IMG/VR virus record: IMGVR_UViG_3300033512_000345 | Coordinates: 1 to 64,000 of that record | Reading direction: 5' to 3' (one strand) | Origin: a virus | DNA length: 64,000 nucleotides | Shown here: one piece after another, positions 28,192-36,809 of the stretch | Layout: the number at the start of each line of letters is the position of its first letter | How positions within the stretch are numbered: the first letter of the stretch is position 1 | Translations under genes and position numbers: made by a program | The notes under the pieces: model-generated | The model's input: only the letters and a program-made list of their open reading frames with translations | What the model was told of the DNA's origin: nothing | Database searches by the model: none

Positions 28192-28221
28192 ATTATATCA
28201 TGAAAGGCGGGGTTTTTGTAA
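28192..28221 (-). promoter_or_regulatory. candidate promoter for dnaE
   Basis: Minus strand reads TTACAA, 18 nt, TGATATAAT. It lies about 20 nt upstream of the GGGAGGG RBS, and the -35 lies inside the preceding terminator hairpin. Confidence 0.5.
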
Positions 28222-28243
28222 CATTTCTGAACAAAAACCCCGC
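28207..28243 (-). terminator. 11-bp hairpin terminator overlapping the dnaE promoter -35
   Basis: GCGGGGUUUUU-loop-AAAAACCCCGC followed by CUUUCA. Confidence 0.55.
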
Positions 28244-28277
28244 TTTCAGACGGCACTTTTTGTAATGGACTGACGGA

Positions 28278-29099
28278 TTAGAAGGGAACATCGTTGTAAA
28301 TTGCTTCCTCTTCATCCGAACTTTCGCCCGAAAGGGCGATACTATTTAATCGATTCTGGATAGATTTCATCATGGAAATGACTTTCTCCGGAGGAAGTTT
28401 TACCCCTTTTGGAAGTTCCTCAAGAGTCCGGATATAAACATCAATTAAATCTTGAATTTTATGAGTCTTGATCCAAACATCTTCTTCAGAATCTTGTTCT
28501 GTTGTTTCCAAATGTTCGTCGTCTGATAGGTAGAAATAGACGGCTTGATTCTTTTCAACACGTATAGACCATAGATCTCCTTGATCGTCTCCTTGGGCAA
28601 AAACTTCTCCTGTGCAATTGGATCCTGAAGGAAGAATAACATAGTTTAATAAAAACTCAAGCCATGGTTTGGCCTTTGTCAAATCTCCTTGTTCACTTAA
28701 GGTCAATTCAAGACCATCAGGACTGATAGAATAAGGAGCAACACAAAGAGGAACAAGAGAAGGGGTTGTTGTTTTGTTTGGATCTAGACGATACGCCCCA
28801 ACAGATTCCAGTTCCTGATTTGTAATTCCTATTGGCAACGCGTAAAGTTCTCCATTTGGACCAAACGGATGATCTATGGAAATATCATCCCAAGGATTAA
28901 ATCCGTTTGGAATCCGAGAGCTGAGATCAATCTTAGTAATCTCTCTTAGAAGCGGATGAACAGGACAATACCGAACATCAAGTTTCTGATTTGGCTTTGG
29001 TTGATGCAGGCGATGTAGTTGATGAAGAGTCTCCAGTACATGAGGGTTTTTGGGTTTCTTCTGGCTGGTATGGAGAAACCGATCCAACCATTCGGTCAT
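28278..29099 (-). CDS. hypothetical protein with SSB-tip-like C-terminus (SDEEEAIYNDVPF)
   Basis: Only the part downstream of about 29099 reads like protein. ATG at 29099 has no RBS and lies inside 28978..29775 (+1 frame), so the start is unresolved. Confidence 0.5.
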   Translation of the reverse strand: MTEWLDRFLHTSQKKPKNPHVLETLHQLHRLHQPKPNQKLDVRYCPVHPLLREITKIDLSSRIPNGFNPWDDISIDHPFGPNGELYALPIGITNQELESVGAYRLDPNKTTTPSLVPLCVAPYSISPDGLELTLSEQGDLTKAKPWLEFLLNYVILPSGSNCTGEVFAQGDDQGDLWSIRVEKNQAVYFYLSDDEHLETTEQDSEEDVWIKTHKIQDLIDVYIRTLEELPKGVKLPPEKVISMMKSIQNRLNSIALSGESSDEEEAIYNDVPF

Positions 29100-29775
29100 C
29101 TGTGGAGACAGGGGCGGTGAGATTGAGAAATTCCCCCAGGTTTTCGTTCGATAGCTCATGAGTCGTCTCCTTTTCAACAGGCAGCGTATCATGGATGTCC
29201 TTGACAGGGTTCCCCTGGTTGCTGGACTCGAGATACTTGTCTGCCTTGGCGTTCTGTTTGAGCATTTCGTCCGGTTCCAAGGTCTCACCGGTATGATTAT
29301 ATGACTGGGCACGCAGGATATCGACTGTGACATTGTGAACGAAAACACCCTCTGATTTGAGCTGACTGAATGTCTTTTGGTCAATCAGATCTGTCACGGT
29401 ATGTCCTTTATGGTTGACCCAATAGGCATATCGAACGGTAGTTTCCCCGGAAACGGTCAGGTCTCTATGGTAAGCATACCGGGAGATGGACATGATCTCA
29501 TCCTTCCAGATGCGACGGACCGGAGGATTTCCTGGATTATACGGAGAATTGTGGTTCACTGAAAGGATGAACTCTCTTCCTTCAACATCAGCCAAGATTC
29601 TTCCGGCTGACATCATTTCCAGGAGAGTCGTTCTTTCGTCCGAATTCTGCAGGTCAATACGAATCACATTCGGATTCACAGCAGGGGTCGGTTTGACCGC
29701 CTTGGTCTTGGCTTCTGCCTTTGCAAGTTCTGCAGGAGCCAGGATACTATCCAATGGATTGTCAACGTTTGTCAT
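28978..29775 (-). CDS. hypothetical protein with N-terminal NPLDSIL
   Basis: 265 aa. RBS AAGGAGGA. The last 40 codons overlap the next frame. Confidence 0.6.
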   Translation of the reverse strand: MTNVDNPLDSILAPAELAKAEAKTKAVKPTPAVNPNVIRIDLQNSDERTTLLEMMSAGRILADVEGREFILSVNHNSPYNPGNPPVRRIWKDEIMSISRYAYHRDLTVSGETTVRYAYWVNHKGHTVTDLIDQKTFSQLKSEGVFVHNVTVDILRAQSYNHTGETLEPDEMLKQNAKADKYLESSNQGNPVKDIHDTLPVEKETTHELSNENLGEFLNLTAPVSTDDRMVGSVSPYQPEETQKPSCTGDSSSTTSPASTKAKSET

Positions 29776-29788
29776 GATGAGATCCTCC

Positions 29789-30976
29789 TTATGATTTCTG
29801 AATGGCCGGCGTCATGTATTGGATGACGGCATCGGCCGGAAGGTGTTCGATGATCATAGCTCCGGGGCCAATCAGCTTGAATGTGACGGTGGACTCTCCT
29901 GACATCTTCAAACCGTCCAGCAAGTGAGAGACACGGAAGGAGCCATTCAGCTCGGTAGAGCTGGTTGTAGGCTGAAAGAAGAGTTTTTCCTGGACCATCC
30001 CGTTCTTGGACTTCATGTCAAAAGACAGGAGCGAATTCGCACTGTCCGAAACAAGTTCAACGGTTTGACTGGAGTTGTCCGATAAGGCCGACGCCATTTG
30101 GAGGAGGGAAGTAAACCGGGAGCGGCTAACGCTTCCTTCGAAAGAGAATGTCTGAGGAACCAAGGTTTTGCAGTTTGGGAAGCTGCCATTGGTTTTACGG
30201 AAGCCTACACAGAAGGCTCCATGAACAAGTTGAATTTCATGGGGTTCTTCGAAAACTTCAATCATGCCGGCAGAAGCCCCTGCAAACTTGGCGAAGCGGG
30301 ACAGCTTGGCGTGATCAAGGAAGAAAGTCCCCGAAGAGGTGACGTTCGTCATGATGGCAGGGAATGAAGCCTCATGAATCAACATCCGACGATCCTTGGA
30401 GTCAATGGCCTCAAACAGAAAACCCTTGGCCGGATCAATCGTTACCTGCAGGCAATTGAATGTCTGATAGGTATCATTGGGCTTGATGACCTGGTTGGCC
30501 AGATCCACGGCTTGCTTGAAGAGATTCCCCGGAATGTCCATGAGATAATTGGACGAAGGGGTTCCCAGAACAGGGAATGTTGTCGGATCCAGACCGCGGA
30601 TCACGGTGGCCAAGTTCGAGGCCGTATTAAGCTTGGATCCCAAGGGTTTGATCAGGACGGACAAAGGAGAGACCTCTTCCAAGAGGACATCTTTGGCGTC
30701 CAAGGCTTCCAGGACGGGAATCAGACGGTCAAATTCAATCAGCGGAAAGTATCCGATTCCGCTATTGGAAACGATGGTATGAGTGGGCAGCGTGCTCGTG
30801 GCCCATCCATCAAGAATGTTGACGGCATGAAGACGCACTTCTATCTGACTTCCAGTCGGATTGCAGGTTTCAATCAGAAGACAGCGTTCGGCCATACTGG
30901 TCTTCCCTGCTCCTGCATAGTTGCGAAGGGTCTTCAGAAATCCGAGAAGATACTGATGATTCAAACAAAGATTCAT
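29789..30976 (-). CDS. dnaN: probable DNA polymerase III beta sliding clamp
   Basis: 395 aa, the length of a three-domain clamp. The N-terminus (L..L......A.....IL..CLLIE......I.L.A) follows the DnaN pattern. The gene lies in the replisome gene block. Confidence 0.6.
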   Translation of the reverse strand: MNLCLNHQYLLGFLKTLRNYAGAGKTSMAERCLLIETCNPTGSQIEVRLHAVNILDGWATSTLPTHTIVSNSGIGYFPLIEFDRLIPVLEALDAKDVLLEEVSPLSVLIKPLGSKLNTASNLATVIRGLDPTTFPVLGTPSSNYLMDIPGNLFKQAVDLANQVIKPNDTYQTFNCLQVTIDPAKGFLFEAIDSKDRRMLIHEASFPAIMTNVTSSGTFFLDHAKLSRFAKFAGASAGMIEVFEEPHEIQLVHGAFCVGFRKTNGSFPNCKTLVPQTFSFEGSVSRSRFTSLLQMASALSDNSSQTVELVSDSANSLLSFDMKSKNGMVQEKLFFQPTTSSTELNGSFRVSHLLDGLKMSGESTVTFKLIGPGAMIIEHLPADAVIQYMTPAIQKS

Positions 30977-31713
30977 GGTTGCACCATTCCTTTCAATTGG
31001 CCTAGTAGTTTTCTTTCTTCACTTAAAGACAGGTGAAGCCTGACATCTTTAGCAACAGAGGTTGCATTGCACCTCGGACAGACTAGTTTTTGATGGCTCC
31101 CGTTGCGAATCAGATCAAGCAGATCGAGCCCTTCTTCGCTGACAAGGTTCCAGGCGTAAATGGAAGCCTTGGTGCCACAGTTGGGACACTTCAAAATGGA
31201 ATGAAAGTCTTGTAGAGAGGGCATCTTTGTGGCTCCGACATAAGCCTCCAAAGGAGTGGGGTTCAGGATGTTGTTCATGATATAAATCATTTCCTGCACG
31301 TCTTGTGTTTTCATTTGAGGGATATTTTTTAACAAGTTCATGCTAACAACCGGTTGGAAATCTCTGTCCAATTCCATCAAGAAGATATTGTCTTCAAGCT
31401 GTCCTGGACGATAATAACGATCTATGGCGGGGAAGGGGCCGGAAGCATTTGAGCGAAGATTGAATGGGATCTTAAGTTCACGAAGGGCTCCTGCAAAATG
31501 AGGAGGCAATCCATCTGGACAATCCTCTATATTGAGAGTGATCAAACCGTCTTTGGTGGTGGCACGAATCAAATACCCGTCCAGGTTTCGGTTTATGTCG
31601 TCACTAAGAGCCTGCTTCAAAAGTTTGTAGGCCTTGGTCTTTGGATTGAGAAAAGGCTCTTCCAATGTAACAAAACATACATCGGTCTTATATCCTTCTG
31701 GGATGGCAGCCAT
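30973..31713 (-). CDS. hypothetical protein with C-terminal zinc ribbon
   Basis: 246 aa with CPNCGT...CPRC. ATGA overlap with the clamp gene. Confidence 0.7.
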   Translation of the reverse strand: MAAIPEGYKTDVCFVTLEEPFLNPKTKAYKLLKQALSDDINRNLDGYLIRATTKDGLITLNIEDCPDGLPPHFAGALRELKIPFNLRSNASGPFPAIDRYYRPGQLEDNIFLMELDRDFQPVVSMNLLKNIPQMKTQDVQEMIYIMNNILNPTPLEAYVGATKMPSLQDFHSILKCPNCGTKASIYAWNLVSEEGLDLLDLIRNGSHQKLVCPRCNATSVAKDVRLHLSLSEERKLLGQLKGMVQP

Positions 31714-31761
31714 GGATTCACCTCCTTATGGGCATGGCCCGGAATCTTCAAAATTAGGGGA

Positions 31762-31788
31762 ACAAAAAGAGGGACCCGAAGGCCCCTC
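31762..31788 (-). terminator. rho-independent terminator after groES
   Basis: GAGGGGCC-UUCG-GGUCCCUC followed by UUUUUGUU. Confidence 0.7.
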
Positions 31789-31806
31789 CTTTTCAATCCT
31801 GAGGAA

Positions 31807-32094
31807 TCAAAGAACACAGAGAATGTCTCGTTCGTTCAGAACAATGAAAGTCTCTCCGTCCACTTCAATGGGAGATCCGGCAAAGTGTGCGTAAATGACT
31901 TCGTCTCCGACAGAAACTTGCATGGGACAAAGAGTTCCGTCTTCAAAACGAGCTCCCTGACCTACGAGAATAACTTTGCCACGATTGGTCGCTTCTTTTT
32001 CCCGACCAGGAATCACGATACCGGATTGGGTTTTCTCTTCGAGCTTGTGTTCCCTGACGAGACAACGAGCTCCGAGTACTTTGAGGTTTGGCAT
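31807..32094 (-). CDS. groES: GroES-type co-chaperonin
   Basis: 95 aa. It aligns along its length with bacterial GroES (K.LG.R.LV......EKT.SGIV.P......G.V..VG.G.....G......V.VGD.V.........I..DG....L.E.DIL.V). Confidence 0.88.
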   Translation of the reverse strand: MPNLKVLGARCLVREHKLEEKTQSGIVIPGREKEATNRGKVILVGQGARFEDGTLCPMQVSVGDEVIYAHFAGSPIEVDGETFIVLNERDILCVL

Positions 32095-32139
32095 ATTTGA
32101 TGGCCTCCTTGATGCAAGATGTTACAATTATAGCACAAT

Positions 32140-32829
32140 TCAAGGATGGAAAGCGAGCTCACAAGCCTTTCGAAGAACATTCCAAAGTTCATTCTTGTAG
32201 GCGGGATACAAGGGCGAAGGAGCTTTCAGCAGTTCCGTCGGATCTTTTCCAAACATGATCTGATAAGAGAAGTCTCCAATGTTGTATGTCGTGGGATGAG
32301 TCGGGATATCTTTGAGAAGGTAATCTGGATCAAAACCCAGATGATTCTGGGCCAGACGAGAATTTTCTTCTCCGAGCACCAGAAGCACTTTGGGTTGAAT
32401 CACCTGCAGCTCCCGTCCGAAATGCAAAGCAAAACAGATGTCTCCATACATAACAGACTTTGGGGACTTTGACATGGAGCACTTCCGGACGTTGGTCCGG
32501 TAAATCTGATCCATGGGATGGGGAAGATAAGACAGCAAGGCACTGAGAATCAAGTCTCCAGCCTTGTCCATGTCATCATCCCTGACGTAGGGTCCTCTGA
32601 GAATCATGAGAGGAGAAGAAGGAGAACCCATGGGGAGACGAATGTCTACCCCATGGATCATTGTGTCCGGACAAGAAGCACAGGACTTCCTGGTAATCAG
32701 GGTCTGCATCATCTCTCGATACCGGTCTTCTCTCTCGGACTGATTCATCACAGTTTCGAACAGGGGCAGGGACAAGCCCGCCCCATTTGTCATGATGTCT
32801 TGCAATCTCTCTCGAACAGATGAATCCAT
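32140..32829 (-). CDS. uracil-DNA glycosylase family-4-like protein with a degenerate active-site motif
   Basis: CASCP..., PLMILRGPYVRDDD (in place of the IVGEGPGEEED-type motif), AGDLILSAL, IYRTNVRKC and IQPKVLLVLGEE. Confidence 0.6.
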   Translation of the reverse strand: MDSSVRERLQDIMTNGAGLSLPLFETVMNQSEREDRYREMMQTLITRKSCASCPDTMIHGVDIRLPMGSPSSPLMILRGPYVRDDDMDKAGDLILSALLSYLPHPMDQIYRTNVRKCSMSKSPKSVMYGDICFALHFGRELQVIQPKVLLVLGEENSRLAQNHLGFDPDYLLKDIPTHPTTYNIGDFSYQIMFGKDPTELLKAPSPLYPAYKNELWNVLRKACELAFHP

Positions 32830-32840
32830 TGTGGTCCTCC

Positions 32841-33641
32841 TTAGAAAGGTTCGTCATCAGGAATCCCTGTAGGAGGAGTCAAAAGCTCATCCAGAGGGTT
32901 GCCGGAAGCCAAGGCGGACAAAGCTTCTTCTTTCATTTGTTCCAGGGTCTGGTCTGCAGCGTCCGGAGCAAAGGGGTCTTCGATCATGACATTGTTGGTC
33001 GCCATGACGGGCTCCGGAGCTTCATCGAGAACGGGAACCCCGAGCTCTTCTTCTGGAACGTCAGGAGTCGGATCCGGAAGAGTGACAGCGTTCGGGTCGG
33101 CAGCCATAGCTGCAGCGGCGGCATTCAGACGACGGGTCTCGGCAGCACGCTTGGCAGACTCGGAGCGTTTGGCCTTGGCCATCTCTTCTTCCGTCATGCC
33201 GGCAGCCTGAGCTTCGTCTTCGCGAAGAAGGGCCTGACCAATGATTTCTTCAGACTTAGCAATCGTTGCGGCGATCGCTGTGGTCTTCGGTCCGGAGCCT
33301 TGTTCCATCTTGATGATCATGCGGATGAGTTCGGCTTGGGACAGGTTCATCAAGTCAGGGCGAGCTTTTGCTGTGACACAGGTCACGCAGATGCCGTCTT
33401 CGTTGAGGTCAGCTGGTACGTTCAACGTTCCGCATTCCATACAGGCGACAACATCTACAGGCTGAGTCTCTGCTGTCAAGCTGGTACGACAACCAACACA
33501 AACCGTGGCCTCCCAACTATGAACGACGCCTTCCTTGACGACGACCGGCACATCGCTTCCTTCTTCGAAGTTGAACTGTGCCTTCTTCGTGATGTATCCA
33601 GCAAACATGGTACTGGACTTACAGATTGAACAAACTTTCAT
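32841..33641 (-). CDS. zinc-ribbon protein with an Ala/Glu/Pro-rich disordered C-terminal half ending in NPLDELLTPPTGIPDDEPF
   Basis: Start trimmed to ATG at 33641 (AAAGGAAGG). CSIC...CVGC...CMECG...CVTC. Confidence 0.7.
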   Translation of the reverse strand: MKVCSICKSSTMFAGYITKKAQFNFEEGSDVPVVVKEGVVHSWEATVCVGCRTSLTAETQPVDVVACMECGTLNVPADLNEDGICVTCVTAKARPDLMNLSQAELIRMIIKMEQGSGPKTTAIAATIAKSEEIIGQALLREDEAQAAGMTEEEMAKAKRSESAKRAAETRRLNAAAAAMAADPNAVTLPDPTPDVPEEELGVPVLDEAPEPVMATNNVMIEDPFAPDAADQTLEQMKEEALSALASGNPLDELLTPPTGIPDDEPF

Positions 33642-33795
33642 GGGATACCTTCCTTTCATTGAGGGGATAAGTAGTCTACGTCGGCCCGAAAGGGCCGGAC
33701 AACAAGACTCATAAGAGAATTTTGAAATAGAAATTTAGGACATGAACAACACGTCCTTTCTGGACATATGACCATCGAATACCGAAGAGAAAGAT

Positions 33796-34146
33796 TTAGC
33801 GATAACGCACACGTCCTGTCATCCGGATTAAAATCTTGAACCAGTAGAAAACAATCATCCAAAAGTCACCCCTATGGATCTCATCCCAAGCCGGAAGGAG
33901 AATGAAACGAAATCGACGACTTCGTATCCAATCTGTAAAAGAGTAAAACTCGTCAAATGACATACCAGAAGGACAATTTTTATGAATAATGTCCAAGCGA
34001 TGAAGAATCTGTTGAGACTGTTCACGGTTCAACTTAAAGAAGTGGAACCTGTAAGCCAGTAACAGAACAGATTTAAGAATGTCTATCGGGATCTTCGTCA
34101 TAAACAAAGACGGAAAGAGTTCTCCATATTTGTTACGCCATGGCAT
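33796..34146 (-). CDS. hypothetical basic/hydrophobic protein
   Basis: 116 aa. RBS TAGGAGG. Confidence 0.5.
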   Translation of the reverse strand: MPWRNKYGELFPSLFMTKIPIDILKSVLLLAYRFHFFKLNREQSQQILHRLDIIHKNCPSGMSFDEFYSFTDWIRSRRFRFILLPAWDEIHRGDFWMIVFYWFKILIRMTGRVRYR

Positions 34147-34157
34147 GACGGTACCTC

Positions 34158-34820
34158 CTATAAAGAATTTAACTGATCAATAGCGTTCTGTAATTGTTGA
34201 CGACGTTCATCTATCTTTTGCTGTTTGACCTGAGCAAGAGCATTGACAAGACTTTGCCTAAGATTTCGAACAGGATCTTTGACCTGGGCTTCCAGTTCTT
34301 TGATCCTGATTTTCTGAGCATTGATGATAGATAGAAATGCGTTGTCGCGAAATACAACAGAGTCCGGAGGTTCTCCTAATAATTTTTTGCCATTTGCATT
34401 TCGTTGCTGTGCCGCCCCTAATTGAGAGAAATACGCCATTAAAGCATGAGTAATGGCGTCAGACAGAACAATAGGGTCTTGATTATCTTCTGTACAGATC
34501 AAGAGTTTCCCCGTCATTGTATGAATTAGGTCAATTCTTTCTATTCGAGTAGCCATATGGGTATCGTATTTCATTTGAATCTCAGTATAGGTTCCTTGGT
34601 CAGAAGGAGTATTATTCCAATCAGGAGAGCGAATGGCGTATCCTTTATGAGAAATGTTAGTAGTCTCTGGAAGAGAGTGCCCCAAAATGGCGTCAATCGG
34701 TTGATACATCGGATTTGCAAAAACGAAAATCTGAGAAGGTTCCGGAATAAGTTCTGTTCGTTTCCGTTCTTGGAACTGAAAAGCCGCCGACGGGTCCGCA
34801 TTGAATCCCTTTGGTATCAT
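34158..34820 (-). CDS. hypothetical protein
   Basis: 220 aa. RBS AAGGAGG. Confidence 0.7.
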   Translation of the reverse strand: MIPKGFNADPSAAFQFQERKRTELIPEPSQIFVFANPMYQPIDAILGHSLPETTNISHKGYAIRSPDWNNTPSDQGTYTEIQMKYDTHMATRIERIDLIHTMTGKLLICTEDNQDPIVLSDAITHALMAYFSQLGAAQQRNANGKKLLGEPPDSVVFRDNAFLSIINAQKIRIKELEAQVKDPVRNLRQSLVNALAQVKQQKIDERRQQLQNAIDQLNSL

Positions 34821-34831
34821 TTGAAACCTCC

Positions 34832-35764
34832 TTAAGGTTCGATATTGTTGTCAACAAACTCCAGTGATTTCTGGATTTGGGTTCGAAGTACCTGCATATA
34901 GGTTCCCATGAGACCTTCATACTCTTGAACCTTAGTCTGAAGTTCACGGAATTTCAATACATAGGTTTTTGCGGTGGACTGAGGAATTGTTTGTTTTAAT
35001 GTGATAACACCCTTGAGTTCTTCAACAAACTGATTCATTTCTCCCTTGATGTCGTCCTTTGCCATACGATCTACAAGATCTCTTTGCTCGTCGGTATCGA
35101 TGACCGGGATGATCTCGAAGGCGTTTCCTGTTCCAAATCGGGCCAAATCCCTGACGACTCCTTGAAGAGCATAAAGATTACCTTGCTGCGTTTTAGGAAT
35201 AAACTTCGCAACTCCGGACGGCATCAGGTTGACAGGATACAGGCTCTTGATGATTGAAACGGCCAAATTCCGGACCGTGTCCTTCGTATGATAGACAGAC
35301 CAGTCCTGAAAACGGGATTGAACGTCCTTGAGTACGTTTTCGTAGTCGTACTCGGTAGCATAGACGGCGTTGGCTCCTGTTGTTACGACGTTGGCTCCGC
35401 GTACAAAATCGATGCGACCCACTGTCTCATAAGAGACCTCGGCCTGATTGTCGTCGACGATCTTGCGACCCAGCAGGCGAACAATGCCCGACTGGTCACA
35501 GCGGACTTCGTCCACTTCCAGCTTGGCCTTGACCTTTTGTCCGTTGTAGTCGACTTCGATCGTGCTTTTGGCTGCCGAAGTCGCCCGGCGGAATGCGTCA
35601 ATCTTGGAGATCTTCTTGATGAAATGCCGGGGCAGGCCGTTGTTGTCGAAGATCTGCTCGAGTTCCGTCTCCGAAATCCGAAGGTCTCCAATGGTGTAGA
35701 AAGACAAATGGCCCAGAATCATCTGGGGGTCAAGGTCTTTGTTGCTTCTAGCGATACCGTTCAT
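34832..35764 (-). CDS. hypothetical protein
   Basis: Start trimmed to ATG at 35764 (AAGGAGGAA). 310 aa. Confidence 0.7.
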   Translation of the reverse strand: MNGIARSNKDLDPQMILGHLSFYTIGDLRISETELEQIFDNNGLPRHFIKKISKIDAFRRATSAAKSTIEVDYNGQKVKAKLEVDEVRCDQSGIVRLLGRKIVDDNQAEVSYETVGRIDFVRGANVVTTGANAVYATEYDYENVLKDVQSRFQDWSVYHTKDTVRNLAVSIIKSLYPVNLMPSGVAKFIPKTQQGNLYALQGVVRDLARFGTGNAFEIIPVIDTDEQRDLVDRMAKDDIKGEMNQFVEELKGVITLKQTIPQSTAKTYVLKFRELQTKVQEYEGLMGTYMQVLRTQIQKSLEFVDNNIEP

Positions 35765-35809
35765 AAATTCCTCCTTGCCGCAGACACGCGGCATCCGGTT
35801 TTAATATGG

Positions 35810-35974
35810 TTAGTAATAGTTCCGTCCTAGTACTTTTGTTGTCAGCTCACGTCTGTATGTCTTGTGTCGAAAGATATTGCATCGATAAAATAACCTACGA
35901 AAGAGCCCTGTTTTGACTTTTAATGCTTGGCATCTTCCATTGTGTTCTCTGCGACAATTGAAGCAGTCTGCCAT
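35810..35974 (-). CDS. small basic Cys-rich protein (54 aa)
   Basis: ATG at 35974 after AGGAGGA, with a TAATG overlap to the upstream stop. MADCFNCRREHNGRC. Confidence 0.45.
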   Translation of the reverse strand: MADCFNCRREHNGRCQALKVKTGLFRRLFYRCNIFRHKTYRRELTTKVLGRNYY

Positions 35975-36183
35975 TATCGGTCCTCCTGATGTTTTAGGGG
36001 CTGGTCTCGTCTCTGCATTGCCTTTAAGCAGACTTTGCATGTCACGCTTTCTGATGTCTTGACACCGCCTCCAATAAAGCTTTTTCCGCAAAGCGATATG
36101 CTTATTGTCTCTCCGCTGAACGCGTGAACCATCGACGTGTAATACCGTTTGATTCGCGGAAATCTATGTACGTACTTGGTCAT
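35974..36183 (-). CDS. small Cys-containing protein
   Basis: Start trimmed to ATG at 36183 (GAGGTGGA). Confidence 0.5.
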   Translation of the reverse strand: MTKYVHRFPRIKRYYTSMVHAFSGETISISLCGKSFIGGGVKTSESVTCKVCLKAMQRRDQPLKHQEDR

Positions 36184-36213
36184 TATCCACCTCATATGAA
36201 TCAGTCTAGATTC

Positions 36214-36495
36214 TTAGTCCATCCATTCGTGTATACGCCAGAAAGGCCAAGTGATTGCCCATATGATCCACAGCAAGTATATTAGAGCAATCAATCCGAC
36301 CATCTGCCCGCCACATTTGATAAACAACCAAGTCAGATGCAAAGTTTCCTTTCCGCCGCCATGTTTCGTAATTTGATGGAATGACGCCTTGCAGACATAT
36401 GCTCGATTTGCCAATCCTTCAGCAAACCAGCCCTCTGCAGTTGTTGTGTGACTGTATTCACAGATTAAGCATGTTCCGCCTCGCGTGTATTTCAT
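36214..36495 (-). CDS. tail-anchored small membrane protein
   Basis: 93 aa with CLIC near the N-terminus and a Trp-rich hydrophobic C-terminal helix. RBS GAAGGAG. Confidence 0.6.
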   Translation of the reverse strand: MKYTRGGTCLICEYSHTTTAEGWFAEGLANRAYVCKASFHQITKHGGGKETLHLTWLFIKCGGQMVGLIALIYLLWIIWAITWPFWRIHEWMD

Positions 36496-36513
36496 TTCTG
36501 TACTCCTTCTTGA

Positions 36514-36801
36514 TCATCTCTCAATGATTCTTACCATGGCTGCAACCTTTTCAGGTTCCCATCCTTTTTCAAGAAGAGATTCCGGCCAACCGGATCGAGT
36601 ACGAGAGATCAACTGCTCTCTAGACAGCCAATTTCCCTGTTCGTCGGTAACGTAAGGATTGGATCCGGGAAGAACCATTTCTTCAGTCAAACAGGCAAGA
36701 CTTTCGTATTCCGCCTTGGCTCGCATAGCAATGGATAATTCATATTTGGAAATCTCTCCAGGCTGTTCGACGCGATCTCCTCTAACAATAAATCCGTACA
36801 T
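36514..36801 (-). CDS. hypothetical protein
   Basis: Start trimmed to ATG at 36801 (TAGGAGGA). Confidence 0.6.
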   Translation of the reverse strand: MYGFIVRGDRVEQPGEISKYELSIAMRAKAEYESLACLTEEMVLPGSNPYVTDEQGNWLSREQLISRTRSGWPESLLEKGWEPEKVAAMVRIIER

Positions 36802-36809
36802 AATTCCTC

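Noticed and set aside
33642-33795. GNRA-capped hairpin (CGGCCC-GAAA-GGGCCG at 33681..33696) and the track ORF 33656..33862 in the 154-bp gap upstream of the zinc-ribbon gene.
   Set aside because: The ORF has no RBS and a junk-like sequence. The hairpin has no U-tract on the coding strand and I found no convincing promoter, so I cannot assign it a role beyond a possible RNA-stability or processing element.
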